Shown here one piece after another: positions 39,427 through 48,614 of a stretch of 58,874 nt of DNA. Under the pieces are notes generated by a model. The model was given only the letters and a program-made list of their open reading frames with translations. It did no database searches and was not told the DNA's origin. Positions within the stretch are counted from its first letter, which is position 1. Every line of letters begins with the position of its first letter. A program made the translations under genes and the position numbers. Source of the DNA: Stellaceae bacterium (GTDB lineage: Bacteria > Pseudomonadota > Alphaproteobacteria > ATCC43930 > CGMCC-115725); contig JBOHLR010000001.1 in NCBI GenBank assembly GCA_050729555.1, positions 1 to 58,874 of the forward strand. Reading direction: 5' to 3'.

Positions 39427-39454
39427 GCGGACGGCGGACGGCGGACGGCGGACG
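39427..39454. repeat. Perfect tandem heptanucleotide repeat (GCGGACG)x4
   Basis: The sequence gcggacg gcggacg gcggacg gcggacg lies 27-54 nt upstream of the purF ATG. Confidence 0.95.
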
Positions 39455-39480
39455 GCCCAAGCGCGCATAAAGGCGGTAGC

Positions 39481-40935
39481 ATGCTGACCACCCACCCCTG
39501 GGACGACGACCATTTCCGGGAGGAATGCGGCGTTTTCGGGATTTATGGGCATTCCGATTCGGCGGCTCTGACCGCGCTGGGACTGCATGCCTTGCAGCAT
39601 CGCGGCCAGGAGGCGGCGGGAATCGTCGCCTACGACGGCGAGCAGTTTCACGCCCATCGCGGCCTCGGTCTGGTCGGCGAGAATTTCAGTTCCAAGGACG
39701 TCATCAGCCGGCTGCCGGGACATTCGGCCATCGGTCACGTCCGCTATGCCACCACCGGCGAAGTCGCGTTGCGCAACGTCCAGCCGCTGTTCGCTGATTT
39801 CACCTTCGGCGGCCTGGCGATCTGCCACAACGGCAACCTCACGAACTCCTATCAGCTGCGCAACCGTCTGGTGCGGCGCGGCAGCATCTTCCAATCAACC
39901 TCGGACACCGAGGTGATCGTCCATCTCATCGCTACGTCGCTCAAGGATACGGTCGAGGAGCGGATGGCCGAGGCGCTGCGCCAGGTCGAAGGCGCCTATT
40001 CGCTCGCGGCGCTGACCCAGCAAGGACTGATCGGCGTGCGCGATCCGCTTGGCATCCGGCCGCTGGTGCTCGGCAAGCTCGGCGACGCGTTCATCCTGGC
40101 GTCGGAAAGCTGCGCGCTCGACATCATCGGCGCCACCTTCGTGCGCGACATCGAAGCCGGCGAGATGATCTCGATCGGCCCCGGCGGTATCAAGAGCACC
40201 AAGCCGTTCGCCAACTCGCACAAGCGTTTTTGCGTGTTCGAATACATCTACTTCGCGCGGCCCGACAGTGTCGTCGACGGCCTCAGCGTTTACGAGGCGC
40301 GCAAGCGCATCGGCATGCAATTGGCCCGCGAAAGCGCGGTGCCCGCCGATATCGTCATCCCGGTGCCGGATTCCGGCGTGCCGGCGGCGATCGGCTATGC
40401 CGCGGAATGCCGGCTCCCGTTCGAGATCGGCATCGTCCGCAACCATTACATCGGCCGCACCTTCATCGAGCCGACCGATCAGATCCGCCATCTCGGCGTG
40501 AAGCTCAAACACAATGCCAATCGCGTCAGCATCGAAGGCAGGCGCGTCGTGCTGGTCGACGATTCGATCGTCCGCGGCACCACCTCGACCAAGATCGTCG
40601 CCATGATCCGGCAAGCCGGCGCGCGCGAGGTGCATATGCGCATCTCCAGTCCACCGACCGCGCATTCGTGCTTCTACGGCATCGCGACGCCGGAGCGCAC
40701 CCAGCTACTTGCGTCGGCGATGGACGTGCAGACCATGGCACAGCACATCGGCGCTGATTCCCTCGCCTTCGTCTCGATCGACGGTCTCTACCGCGCGCTT
40801 GGTCGGGCCAAACGCGACAGCAAGGCGCCGCAATTCTGCGACGCCTGCTTCACGGGCGATTATCCGGTCCCGCTTGTCGATCATGACGCCGGCACGGTAT
40901 CAACCCAGCTTTCGCTCCTCGCCGAGACCGTCTGA
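39481..40935 (+). CDS. purF: Amidophosphoribosyltransferase
   Basis: Contains a propeptide followed by ECGVFGIYGH (Cys nucleophile), HRGQEAAGI, VPDSG and VLVDDSIVRGTT. Start reset from 39385. Confidence 0.96.
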   Translation: MLTTHPWDDDHFREECGVFGIYGHSDSAALTALGLHALQHRGQEAAGIVAYDGEQFHAHRGLGLVGENFSSKDVISRLPGHSAIGHVRYATTGEVALRNVQPLFADFTFGGLAICHNGNLTNSYQLRNRLVRRGSIFQSTSDTEVIVHLIATSLKDTVEERMAEALRQVEGAYSLAALTQQGLIGVRDPLGIRPLVLGKLGDAFILASESCALDIIGATFVRDIEAGEMISIGPGGIKSTKPFANSHKRFCVFEYIYFARPDSVVDGLSVYEARKRIGMQLARESAVPADIVIPVPDSGVPAAIGYAAECRLPFEIGIVRNHYIGRTFIEPTDQIRHLGVKLKHNANRVSIEGRRVVLVDDSIVRGTTSTKIVAMIRQAGAREVHMRISSPPTAHSCFYGIATPERTQLLASAMDVQTMAQHIGADSLAFVSIDGLYRALGRAKRDSKAPQFCDACFTGDYPVPLVDHDAGTVSTQLSLLAETV

Positions 40936-41637
40936 GTGCCGGCGCTCGCAGGTCGTCTCGCGCTGGTGACCGGCGCATCGCGCGGCATCGGCGCGGCCGT
41001 GGCGCGGCGATTCGCCGCCGAAGGCGCACACGTCATCGCAGTGGCGCGGACTCAGGGGGCACTGGAAGAGCTCGACGATGCGGTACGCGCCGCCGGCGGC
41101 GCGGCGACGCTGGTGCCGCTCGATTTGCGGACGTTCGACGCGATCGACCATATGGGCGCCGCGCTCAACGAGCGCTTCCACCAGCTCGACATCGTCGCCG
41201 CATGCGCCGGCGTCTTGGGCAGCCTGTCGCCGATGGGTCATATCGATCCAAAGCTGTGGACCGAGATTTTCGACGTCAACGTGACGGCGAACTATCGGCT
41301 GATCCGCTCGCTCGATCCGCTACTGCGCCGTTCCGGCACCGGTCGAGCGATGTTCGTCACCTGCGCCGCCGGCCGCGGCCTCGCGCCATTCTGGGGCGCC
41401 TACGGCGCCAGCAAAGCCGCGCTCGAGGCGCTAGTGCGGGTCTATGCCGCCGAGGTCGCGCGCACGCCGATCCGGGTCAATCTGGTCGATCCCGGGCCGG
41501 TGCATACGCGTCTGCGCGCCGAGGCGTTTCCCGGCGAGGATCGCGCGACGCTCAAAGCGCCGGAAGACGTAACCGGGTTGTTCGTGCAGCTCGCCGCAGC
41601 GGATTGCCCGCACCACGGTAAGATCGTCGGGCCCTAG
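40936..41637 (+). CDS. SDR-family oxidoreductase
   Basis: Contains LVTGASRGIGAAVA and YGASKAAL. GTG start lies immediately after the purF stop. Confidence 0.85.
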   Translation: MPALAGRLALVTGASRGIGAAVARRFAAEGAHVIAVARTQGALEELDDAVRAAGGAATLVPLDLRTFDAIDHMGAALNERFHQLDIVAACAGVLGSLSPMGHIDPKLWTEIFDVNVTANYRLIRSLDPLLRRSGTGRAMFVTCAAGRGLAPFWGAYGASKAALEALVRVYAAEVARTPIRVNLVDPGPVHTRLRAEAFPGEDRATLKAPEDVTGLFVQLAAADCPHHGKIVGP

Positions 41638-43076
41638 GCTGCGGCGTTGGCCGATCGCGGCGTGGGTGTCTGCGACACCACACGGTCCGGCGGCAGGATC
41701 ACCCGTACCACCGTGCCTTGGTTCGGTACGCTTTCGATCACGAAGACGCCGCCATGCAGTTCGACGAGCTTCTTGGTCAGCGGCAAACCGAGGCCCGTGC
41801 CGCCGCCGGTGCGGTTGAAGGCATTATCGACCTGGCCGAACGGCTCCAGCACCATCGGCAGATCGCTTTCGGAAATGCCGACGCCGGTGTCGCGCACTTC
41901 GATGACCAGGCGATCAAATTCGATCGAAGCGCGCACCACGACCGAGCCGCTGGCCGGCGTGAACTTCACGCTGTTGGTCAGCAAGTTGAGCACCACCTGG
42001 CGCAGGCGACGCTCGTCGCCGCGCACGCCGGCGACTTCGGGCGCAATCACGCGGACAAGGTTGATCTCCTGCGCCGCCGCGCGGCGCGCAACCATGCGCG
42101 CGCAGGATTCGATCAGGTCGGTGACGTCGACGACCTCGTCCGCCAGCTCCAGGCGCTCGGCCGTGATCTTCGTCAGATCGAGAATATCGTTGATCAGCTC
42201 CAGCAGGTGCCGGCCACTGGCATTCAGATCGCGCGCATATTCAAGGTACTTTTCGTTGCCGATCGGCCCGAGTACCTCGCCGCTGATGATCTCGGAGAAC
42301 CCGATCACCGCGTTGAGCGGCGTGCGTAACTCGTGGCTCATGTTGGCGAGGAATTCCGACTTGGCGCGCAAGGCGGTTTCCGCCCTGCGATTGGCCTCGA
42401 ACAGGCGGCCGACCAGCTTCTCCTTTTCCACCTTGTTGCGGATGAGCGCGATCAGCGACGCGAACGAGCGCCGCGCCATGAGGCTCAGGTTGAACGCGAA
42501 CGCGAGATACAACACACCGAGCGCGATATGCGCCGGATCGCCGGCAGCGAAGGTGATGACGATGAGCGGCGCGACCACCGGCCAGACGAACGCATCGACC
42601 ACCGGAACGTGCGCGGTGTAGCCCGAGGCGATGCCGCCGGCGAGCCCGGCAATAATGATCGGCACGAAACTGTCGGTCGGCGCATTCGATTGGATTGCGA
42701 TCGCCATCGCCAAGCTGCCCCATTGGCAGCCAGTCGCGGCGGCGAAGTAGGTGACGCGGCGGATCCACTGCTGCGGCTCGAAGTCGTCGTCGTACCGATG
42801 CTTGTGATAGAGCCGCCACAGCACGATGCGAATGATGCAAATGCCGACGATCGACACGCCCCAACCGAGGAAGATGAGCGTATCGAAGACGAACGACAGC
42901 ATGCCGACCGCTGCCAGCGTCACCAGCAGATTGGTGGCGACCGGCCACGGCGACGAATAGAGCATGTCCGCCAGTTCGGACTGGACGGCGACGCTTTCGA
43001 CGTGCGGCGTCGACACAGCCGCGTCCGCGTCGGCCCTAACGGTCGGGAGTTCACGCGCCAACTGAGCGGGGATCAT
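41634..43076 (-). CDS. Membrane-bound sensor histidine kinase (no partner regulator in window)
   Basis: An N-terminal block of about 6 TM joins directly to the DHp H-box FLANMSHELRTPLNAVIGFSE. A HATPase domain follows (N-box LNLLTNSVKFT, G-boxes DTGVGI and GTGLGL). Confidence 0.88.
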   Translation of the reverse strand: MIPAQLARELPTVRADADAAVSTPHVESVAVQSELADMLYSSPWPVATNLLVTLAAVGMLSFVFDTLIFLGWGVSIVGICIIRIVLWRLYHKHRYDDDFEPQQWIRRVTYFAAATGCQWGSLAMAIAIQSNAPTDSFVPIIIAGLAGGIASGYTAHVPVVDAFVWPVVAPLIVITFAAGDPAHIALGVLYLAFAFNLSLMARRSFASLIALIRNKVEKEKLVGRLFEANRRAETALRAKSEFLANMSHELRTPLNAVIGFSEIISGEVLGPIGNEKYLEYARDLNASGRHLLELINDILDLTKITAERLELADEVVDVTDLIESCARMVARRAAAQEINLVRVIAPEVAGVRGDERRLRQVVLNLLTNSVKFTPASGSVVVRASIEFDRLVIEVRDTGVGISESDLPMVLEPFGQVDNAFNRTGGGTGLGLPLTKKLVELHGGVFVIESVPNQGTVVRVILPPDRVVSQTPTPRSANAAA

Positions 43077-43199
43077 CGCCGCAGAGTCTAAAGACGATGT
43101 CCTAATAGTTTCCTAGACTTTGGCGGCATGTCGCTCAAATGCAGGCTGCTGCAAGAAGCTTCAAATGCCGTCTAAAAACAGCCGCCGTAAGCGCCGGAA

Positions 43200-44168
43200 T
43201 TAGCCCGCTGGACGGAAGATTCCGGGCGCAAAGGCGATCCGCTGCTGAGCCTGCTTCATGCGGTCGGTCGGACCGATCGCGATACCCCACTGGTCCATCC
43301 GGCCCGGCGGCCATGTCCAGTCTTCCGGGCCGCGTGGTTTGTAGCTCTTGCCGATGCGGGCAATTTCGGCGGTGTACTCGATGACCACCTCGTCCGGCCC
43401 GACGAAATAGGCGAACACGTTATTGCCCGGCCCATGTCGGCCAACACCCCATTCGATCGCAAAGCCGCTTTCGCGCAGACGGCCGGCGCCACGCATGACG
43501 CTGTCGATATCCGGCATGTCGAACGCAATATGGTTGAGCGTCGGCGCCGTGCCGCGTGCGAACGCCAGGACATGATGCTGATCGTTGCAGCAGAGGAACG
43601 TCATCATCCGCGTCTGGTCGATGATGCGGAATCCGAGATTGTCGACGTAGAAAGCGCTGATCGCGTCGACATCGGCGGAGTTGAGTACGACATGCGTGAC
43701 GCCCATCGGCCGGTCCGCCCGCGTAGTCGCGTCGGCATGGCGCCGGTCACCGGTGATGACCCGCATGGTCCGGCCTTCGGGATCCTTGAACGCAAAGCCG
43801 CAACCGCCGCCCGGTTCGTTGATAAGCCCCGGCTTCTCGAGTTCGGCGAGCCCCGCCTTTTTGAGGCTGGCATGGATGGCGTTGATCTCGGCCTTGCCGG
43901 GCGCTGTGAAATCGATGCGCAATAGCTCGGCGCGCGGCCGGGCGTGGAGACCGAGGACGTGATGGTACGCGCTGGTGCCACGCAGATAGACCGAGCCGGG
44001 ATGCTCGACCACCGGCGCCAAGCGCCAGATGTCGGTGTAGAACCGCGCCCGTGACTTGAGATCGGTGATGCCAAGGTCGACGCTGCGCAAACCGTCGACA
44101 CGCCCACCTTTGGCGCCCGCGCGTCCGGCCGTTCCGGTTTTAGCCGGCGATTTCAGTGGCTTGACCAT
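43200..44168 (-). CDS. Two-domain VOC-superfamily protein, type I extradiol dioxygenase-like
   Basis: Two glyoxalase/VOC modules are present. Metal-ligand-like motifs are HVVLN, LNHIAFD, GRHGPGNN and YFVGPDEVVIEY. GGAGG lies 5 nt upstream of the ATG. Confidence 0.75.
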   Translation of the reverse strand: MVKPLKSPAKTGTAGRAGAKGGRVDGLRSVDLGITDLKSRARFYTDIWRLAPVVEHPGSVYLRGTSAYHHVLGLHARPRAELLRIDFTAPGKAEINAIHASLKKAGLAELEKPGLINEPGGGCGFAFKDPEGRTMRVITGDRRHADATTRADRPMGVTHVVLNSADVDAISAFYVDNLGFRIIDQTRMMTFLCCNDQHHVLAFARGTAPTLNHIAFDMPDIDSVMRGAGRLRESGFAIEWGVGRHGPGNNVFAYFVGPDEVVIEYTAEIARIGKSYKPRGPEDWTWPPGRMDQWGIAIGPTDRMKQAQQRIAFAPGIFRPAG

Positions 44169-44258
44169 GGTCCTCCACTCCGCCAGAGGCCCCGGCGGCG
44201 CATCTCACGTTCGCACAACAGGCGCTTGCCTGTCGAGACTTCGCATTCGGAATCAGAT

Positions 44259-44264
44259 ATTATA
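44259..44264 (-). promoter_or_regulatory. Candidate -10 box (perfect TATAAT on minus strand) upstream of the VOC gene
   Basis: The minus strand reads ttttaaaacTATAATatctg in an AT-rich patch of the der-VOC intergenic region. The -35 box is weak. Confidence 0.3.
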
Positions 44265-44316
44265 GTTTTAAAATCAGTGGCTTATAGCGATATCCTAGTT
44301 TTTCGCATAACCACCG

Positions 44317-45663
44317 CTAGGAATTCGCCGCGAACGGATTCTGGCCTTTGCGCAGCATAAGCCGCAGGGGCACGCCGGGCAGGTCGAACTGTTCGCGCAA
44401 CAGATTCGCCAGATACCGCCGCCAGCTGTCCGGCAGCTCCCCCGGTTTGGAAGCAAACAGCACGAAGGTCGGCGGCCGAGTATTGACCTGCGTCATGTAG
44501 CGGAGCTTGAGCCGCCGGCCACCGACCAGAGGCGGCGGATGACGCTCTTGCGCACGCGTCAGGAAGCGGTTGAGCGCGCCGGTCGGCACGCGGTGGTTCC
44601 AAGCTGTGTGCGCCTTCAGTGCCGCCGGCAGCAGCTTGGCCACGCCGGCGCCGGTCGCGGCCGACAGCGTTAATGGCTGCAAGCCCGCCAGTTGCGGTAG
44701 CGACTCGGAGATCCGCTCGACGATGGCGGTCAGCGCCTTCTTGGGCGCCCCGACCAGATCCCATTTGTTGGCGGCGAGCACTACCGCCCGCCCCTCGTCC
44801 GCGACGAGGCGCGCGATCGCCAAATCCTGGCGCTGCACCCCGGCGGTGGCGTCGATAACCAGGACCACCACTTCGGCGAACCGAACCGCCTTGAGCGTGT
44901 CGCCGACGGCGAGCGTCTCGACGCCCTTAGCGACTTTTGCCTTGCGCCGCAGACCGGCGGTGTCGATGAGCTTGATCGGCTGACCGCGCCACTGCCATTC
45001 GATCGCGATGGCATCGCGCGTGACCCCCGGCTCGGGTCCGGTGAGGACGCGCTCCTCGCCGAGCAGGCGATTGACCAGCGTCGACTTGCCGACGTTTGGG
45101 CGGCCAACCACCGCAAGCTGAAGCGCGGCAGCGCGCTTTGCAGGTTCGAGCGCCGACTTATCGCCGGACTCGGATCGCGCAAACGGCAGCAGCGCATCGT
45201 ACAGCGCCAAAACACCCTCGCCGTGCTCGGCCGAAACCGGCACCGGCGTGCCCAACCCAAGTTCGAACGCTTCGGCCAGTCCGGGCGGCGCGCGGCCCTC
45301 GGTCTTGTTGGCGACCAGAACCACCGGCTTGCCCTGCCGGCGCAACCAGCGGGCAACGTCGCGATCGAGCGCCGTCACCCCCTCGCGCGCGTCGATCACG
45401 AACAGAGCGACATCGGCCGCGGCCAACGCCTTTTCGGTCTGCAGCCGGAGCCGTGCTGCCATGTCGCTGCGCGCCGTGGTTTCGACGCCGGCGGTATCCG
45501 TCAGCCGCAGGTCAAGTCCGGCGAAATCGACGGCCGCTTCGCGGCGGTCGCGCGTCAGCCCGGCCTCGCCCGCGACCAACGCCGTCTTACGGCCGGCTAG
45601 GCGATTGAACAGCGTCGACTTGCCGACATTGGGGCGGCCGACGATGGCGACGGAAAGCGGCAT
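44317..45663 (-). CDS. der: Ribosome-biogenesis GTPase Der (EngA)
   Basis: Two GTPase domains are present (GRPNVGKSTLFNRL and GRPNVGKSTLVNRL, DTAG twice, NKTE/NKWD), followed by a KH-like C-terminus. Confidence 0.96.
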   Translation of the reverse strand: MPLSVAIVGRPNVGKSTLFNRLAGRKTALVAGEAGLTRDRREAAVDFAGLDLRLTDTAGVETTARSDMAARLRLQTEKALAAADVALFVIDAREGVTALDRDVARWLRRQGKPVVLVANKTEGRAPPGLAEAFELGLGTPVPVSAEHGEGVLALYDALLPFARSESGDKSALEPAKRAAALQLAVVGRPNVGKSTLVNRLLGEERVLTGPEPGVTRDAIAIEWQWRGQPIKLIDTAGLRRKAKVAKGVETLAVGDTLKAVRFAEVVVLVIDATAGVQRQDLAIARLVADEGRAVVLAANKWDLVGAPKKALTAIVERISESLPQLAGLQPLTLSAATGAGVAKLLPAALKAHTAWNHRVPTGALNRFLTRAQERHPPPLVGGRRLKLRYMTQVNTRPPTFVLFASKPGELPDSWRRYLANLLREQFDLPGVPLRLMLRKGQNPFAANS

Positions 45664-45676
45664 GGCAGTTCGCCTG

Positions 45677-46987
45677 TCACCGCAGCGCGGTCAGGTCGGC
45701 CCTATCGGTGATGACATAGAGCGAACCGCCCGCCACCACCGGATCAAGATAGACACCATCCGAGAATGTCATTTGGCCGAGCGGCTGACCGCTATAGGGC
45801 GAGATCGACAACGCCTCGCCGTTGGACGAGACGACCACCAGGCGGTTGCCCGCCAGCACCGGTCCCGACCAGCGCAAGGGGTTCTTCTTGGCTTCCTCGT
45901 CCTCGTAACGCGGCAACGGCCGCACCCAGCGCACATGGCCGTCGGATCGCAACAGACAAACCAGGTCGCGGTCGTTGGCCAGGACATAGATGTAGTCGCC
46001 GGCCACCCACGGCATGTGCGTGCCGCCGATATCCTGTTCCCAGACGCGGTCGCCGGTGCGCAGATCGATCGCCACGAGGATGCCAGAATGGCTGATGGCA
46101 AACACGCGGTCGCGGTCGATCACCGGCTGGCCGCGAATGTCGGCGAGCGACGACAGGGCGCCGAGCGGACGCGACGTCGCGAGATTGTCGGACCACACGG
46201 CCCGGCCATTCTCGACGCGCAGCGCATAAAGCTCGCCGGACGAATAGGGCACGATCACCGTGTCGCCCTGCACCGCCGGGCTCGCCCCGATCAACAGATC
46301 GGTGGGTTCCGGCAGGCCGTTGTGGGTCCACAGCCGATGCCCGTCGGCGGCGGCGAGGACTTCGAGTTCGTTGTCGACGGTAATCGCGAAGACACGGCCG
46401 GAAAAAGCGGTCGGCGGCCCGTGCGCCGGGCTCGCCAGGCTCTGGCGCCAGATTTCCTTGCCGGTCGCGGCATCGACGGCAACCACCTGGGCATAACCGG
46501 TGGCGATGAAGATGCGCCCGCCGTCATATGCGATGCCGCCGCCGAACATTGGCGTACCGGCATTCTTCGGCTGCGGATCGAAGCGCCAGATCCGGTCGCC
46601 GCTTTTCGCGTCGAAAGCCGAAACGACATCGTTGGCGTCGGCCGCGAAGACGCGGCCGTTGGCAACGATCGGTTGTGCAGTGACGCGGCCATACCGCCAG
46701 GATCCCTCGCCAACATCCGCCTTCCATGCGCGACTGATCGCGGGCGCGAGCGCGAGATGATACATCGCGTGATTGGCATAGCCGCCAGCGCCCGGCCATT
46801 CCGGGTTGTTGAACGGCGGCGGCAAGGTGATCGGCGTCGCTTCGAGCTTGGGATCCGGCGTCAGGCTCTTTTGCAGCTCCAGTACGGAGATGCGCGTTCC
46901 TTGGAGAGTAGTCTTCTTGGAACCGCCGCAAGCTGCAAGCGCCAGACACACCGCCAGCGCGACGCCGGTCGCGAGGCGGAAGGTCAT
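45677..46987 (-). CDS. bamB: Outer membrane protein assembly factor BamB (PQQ-like beta-propeller lipoprotein)
   Basis: Lipobox is LALAACGG. WD/PQQ-like blades repeat (G.V.A.DA.TG...W). It sits in the conserved yfgM-bamB-der order. Confidence 0.88.
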   Translation of the reverse strand: MTFRLATGVALAVCLALAACGGSKKTTLQGTRISVLELQKSLTPDPKLEATPITLPPPFNNPEWPGAGGYANHAMYHLALAPAISRAWKADVGEGSWRYGRVTAQPIVANGRVFAADANDVVSAFDAKSGDRIWRFDPQPKNAGTPMFGGGIAYDGGRIFIATGYAQVVAVDAATGKEIWRQSLASPAHGPPTAFSGRVFAITVDNELEVLAAADGHRLWTHNGLPEPTDLLIGASPAVQGDTVIVPYSSGELYALRVENGRAVWSDNLATSRPLGALSSLADIRGQPVIDRDRVFAISHSGILVAIDLRTGDRVWEQDIGGTHMPWVAGDYIYVLANDRDLVCLLRSDGHVRWVRPLPRYEDEEAKKNPLRWSGPVLAGNRLVVVSSNGEALSISPYSGQPLGQMTFSDGVYLDPVVAGGSLYVITDRADLTALR

Positions 46988-47628
46988 GGATTCAAAGCCG
47001 CGATCATCTGCGCCGCGCGCTGCCGTGCACTCGGCGGTGCATTGGGATCGTCAGCGAGCTGCTGGAAGCTCTTGCGCGCGCCCGCACTGTCGCCGGCTTT
47101 CAATTGGGCGAAACCGGTGAGCTCGACGGCGAACGGGTGCCACGGACTGGCACCGTTGGTCAGGGGTTTGAGCCGCTGGATCGCGCCGGCGGTGTCGCCT
47201 TTGTCGAGGGCCACATCCGCCGCGAGCAGCGTCGCTGCCGCACGGTAAACCGCATCGGCCGACGTGCCGGCCGCCAGCTGATCGTAAATCGCGAGTGCGC
47301 CGGCAGCGTCGCCGGTACGCGTCTTGACCGCCGCTTCCTCGAAGAGCGCCAACATGGCGTGTCCCGCGCCCGCGTGCTGGGCGATGGCCGCGAAAGCGTC
47401 GGCGGCGTCCTTGTCCTTGCCGTCGCGGACGAGGTCGAGGGCCGCTGCGAAGCGGACGCCGTCGGCAGCGCTGCGCTGGTCGCGGTACTGCCGCCAACCG
47501 ACGCCGACCGCGGTCGCGACCACGACGAGGACCGCCGCGACGATCACCCACCGGCCATGACGCGCCCACAGCTTCGCGAGGTTCTCCTTGCGGAGTTCCT
47601 CGTCGATTTCCCGGAAGATGTCGCTCAA
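46984..47628 (-). CDS. YfgM-like TPR membrane protein
   Basis: (M)SDIFREIDEELRKENL is followed by one TM and then Ala-rich TPR-like repeats. I propose the TTG start at 47628. The ORF-track start 47700 adds a non-conserved extension. Confidence 0.7.
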   Translation of the reverse strand: MSDIFREIDEELRKENLAKLWARHGRWVIVAAVLVVVATAVGVGWRQYRDQRSAADGVRFAAALDLVRDGKDKDAADAFAAIAQHAGAGHAMLALFEEAAVKTRTGDAAGALAIYDQLAAGTSADAVYRAAATLLAADVALDKGDTAGAIQRLKPLTNGASPWHPFAVELTGFAQLKAGDSAGARKSFQQLADDPNAPPSARQRAAQMIAALNP

Positions 47629-47777
47629 AACCCGGCCCCGACCCGCGAAAAATGTCCGGTACCATAACGCCTTGCCAGCGTTCCTGCAAACCCCGGACAC
47701 GATGTTTTTCGGAGCTTACCGGCGCGGCAGGGCTGCTGGATTTCAGCCGCGAAATAGGAAAGACTGAGGAATCAGGC

Positions 47778-48179
47778 ATGCACAGCCTTCGCGAACCCCC
47801 GCGCGTGTCAATGGCCCCCATCACCCGCCTCAACGATCACCGTCGGTACCGGCGCGTCTTCTTCAGCCGCGCCGAACTCGATCAGTTGCTGCAAATTTAC
47901 AGCCGCCAGGTGATGCGCGGCGCGTGGCGCGACTACGCGATCGATCAACGCGATGGCGTGGCTACCTTCTCGATCTTCCGACATAGTCTCGAAAGCCCGC
48001 TATTTACGGTTGTAAAAAGCGCCGCTGGTGAATCACGCCACGACGCCTATGCCCTCCTGCAACGGCGCGTGCGGCTTGCCGTTGGCAGCACGCTCCGGGA
48101 GGTTCTCGCCGAGCTCGAGCGCGAGATGCGACGTGGTGGACGCGCGCTCGGCGCGTTCGCATTGTTGACGCCGGGCTGA
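47778..48179 (+). CDS. DUF2794-family protein
   Basis: The sequence VFFSRAELDQLLQIYSRQVMRGAWRDYAIDQRDGVATFSIFRH matches the DUF2794 pattern as I recall it. GAGGA lies 7 nt upstream of the ATG at 47778. Confidence 0.7.
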   Translation: MHSLREPPRVSMAPITRLNDHRRYRRVFFSRAELDQLLQIYSRQVMRGAWRDYAIDQRDGVATFSIFRHSLESPLFTVVKSAAGESRHDAYALLQRRVRLAVGSTLREVLAELEREMRRGGRALGAFALLTPG

Positions 48180-48229
48180 TGTCGGTCGGCAGAATTACTT
48201 GGCAAACACAGGGATTTTCGCCAAAGTAA

Positions 48230-48526
48230 CGCGCCGTTCAGAACGACGCGGGGGCGATCGGAAGAGAAGAAGGGCATCGCAGGAGACGTGCTGCCTGGAT
48301 CGCGGCCATCGGGCTGTCGCTCTTTCCGTTTGCGGCGCACGCCGGGAGCGGCATCGTCGATGAAATGAAGCTGGGTGTGCTGGATCATGACGTTCCGATC
48401 GGCGGCGATCACAAGAAGTGCTGCGTCGACGCCAACGGCGAAATTCTATTCATGTCACCAAGCTTCCTCCGGTGGTGCTAGGCGCCGCGACCGAACCTGG
48501 GCGTGCGCATGGGCTTCGGGTTCTAG
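48230..48526 (+). pseudogene. Decayed N-terminal remnant of a PagL-like acyloxyacyl hydrolase (lipid A deacylase family)
   Basis: Frame 2 reads ..RRAAWIAAIGLSLFPFAAHA GSGIVDEMKLGVLDHDVPIGGDHKKCCVDANGEILFMSPSFLRWC*APRPNLGVRMGFGF*. A signal-like peptide has no in-frame ATG/GTG/TTG; the nearby AGGAGA-GTG at 48288 is in another frame. An in-frame TAG lies at 48479 and a second stop at 48524. The C-terminal roughly 100 aa expected for the family are absent. Confidence 0.55.
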
Positions 48527-48614
48527 ACGAGCCGGCGCCGGCCGCGCATCGTAGGATACCAATGTCGCCGCTGCAGTCGCGTCGGCCACCGGCCGCTTCA
48601 ACGAGTACCTTCAC

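Noticed and set aside
45248-47248. 666-aa ORF on the plus strand
   Set aside because: It is antisense to der, bamB and the yfgM-like gene. The sequence is Arg/Ala/Ser-rich low-complexity with no motifs. It is a GC-driven artefact.
48186-48226. Imperfect hairpin ACTTGGCAAA-N10-TTCGCCAAAGT after the DUF2794 stop as a terminator
   Set aside because: The stem has a mismatch, a low GC content and no following T-tract. This is too weak to call.
48047-48412. 121-aa minus-strand ORF in the DUF2794-hpnN gap
   Set aside because: It overlaps the 3' end of the DUF2794 gene and lies antisense to the PagL-like remnant. The plus-strand frame has the recognisable homology.
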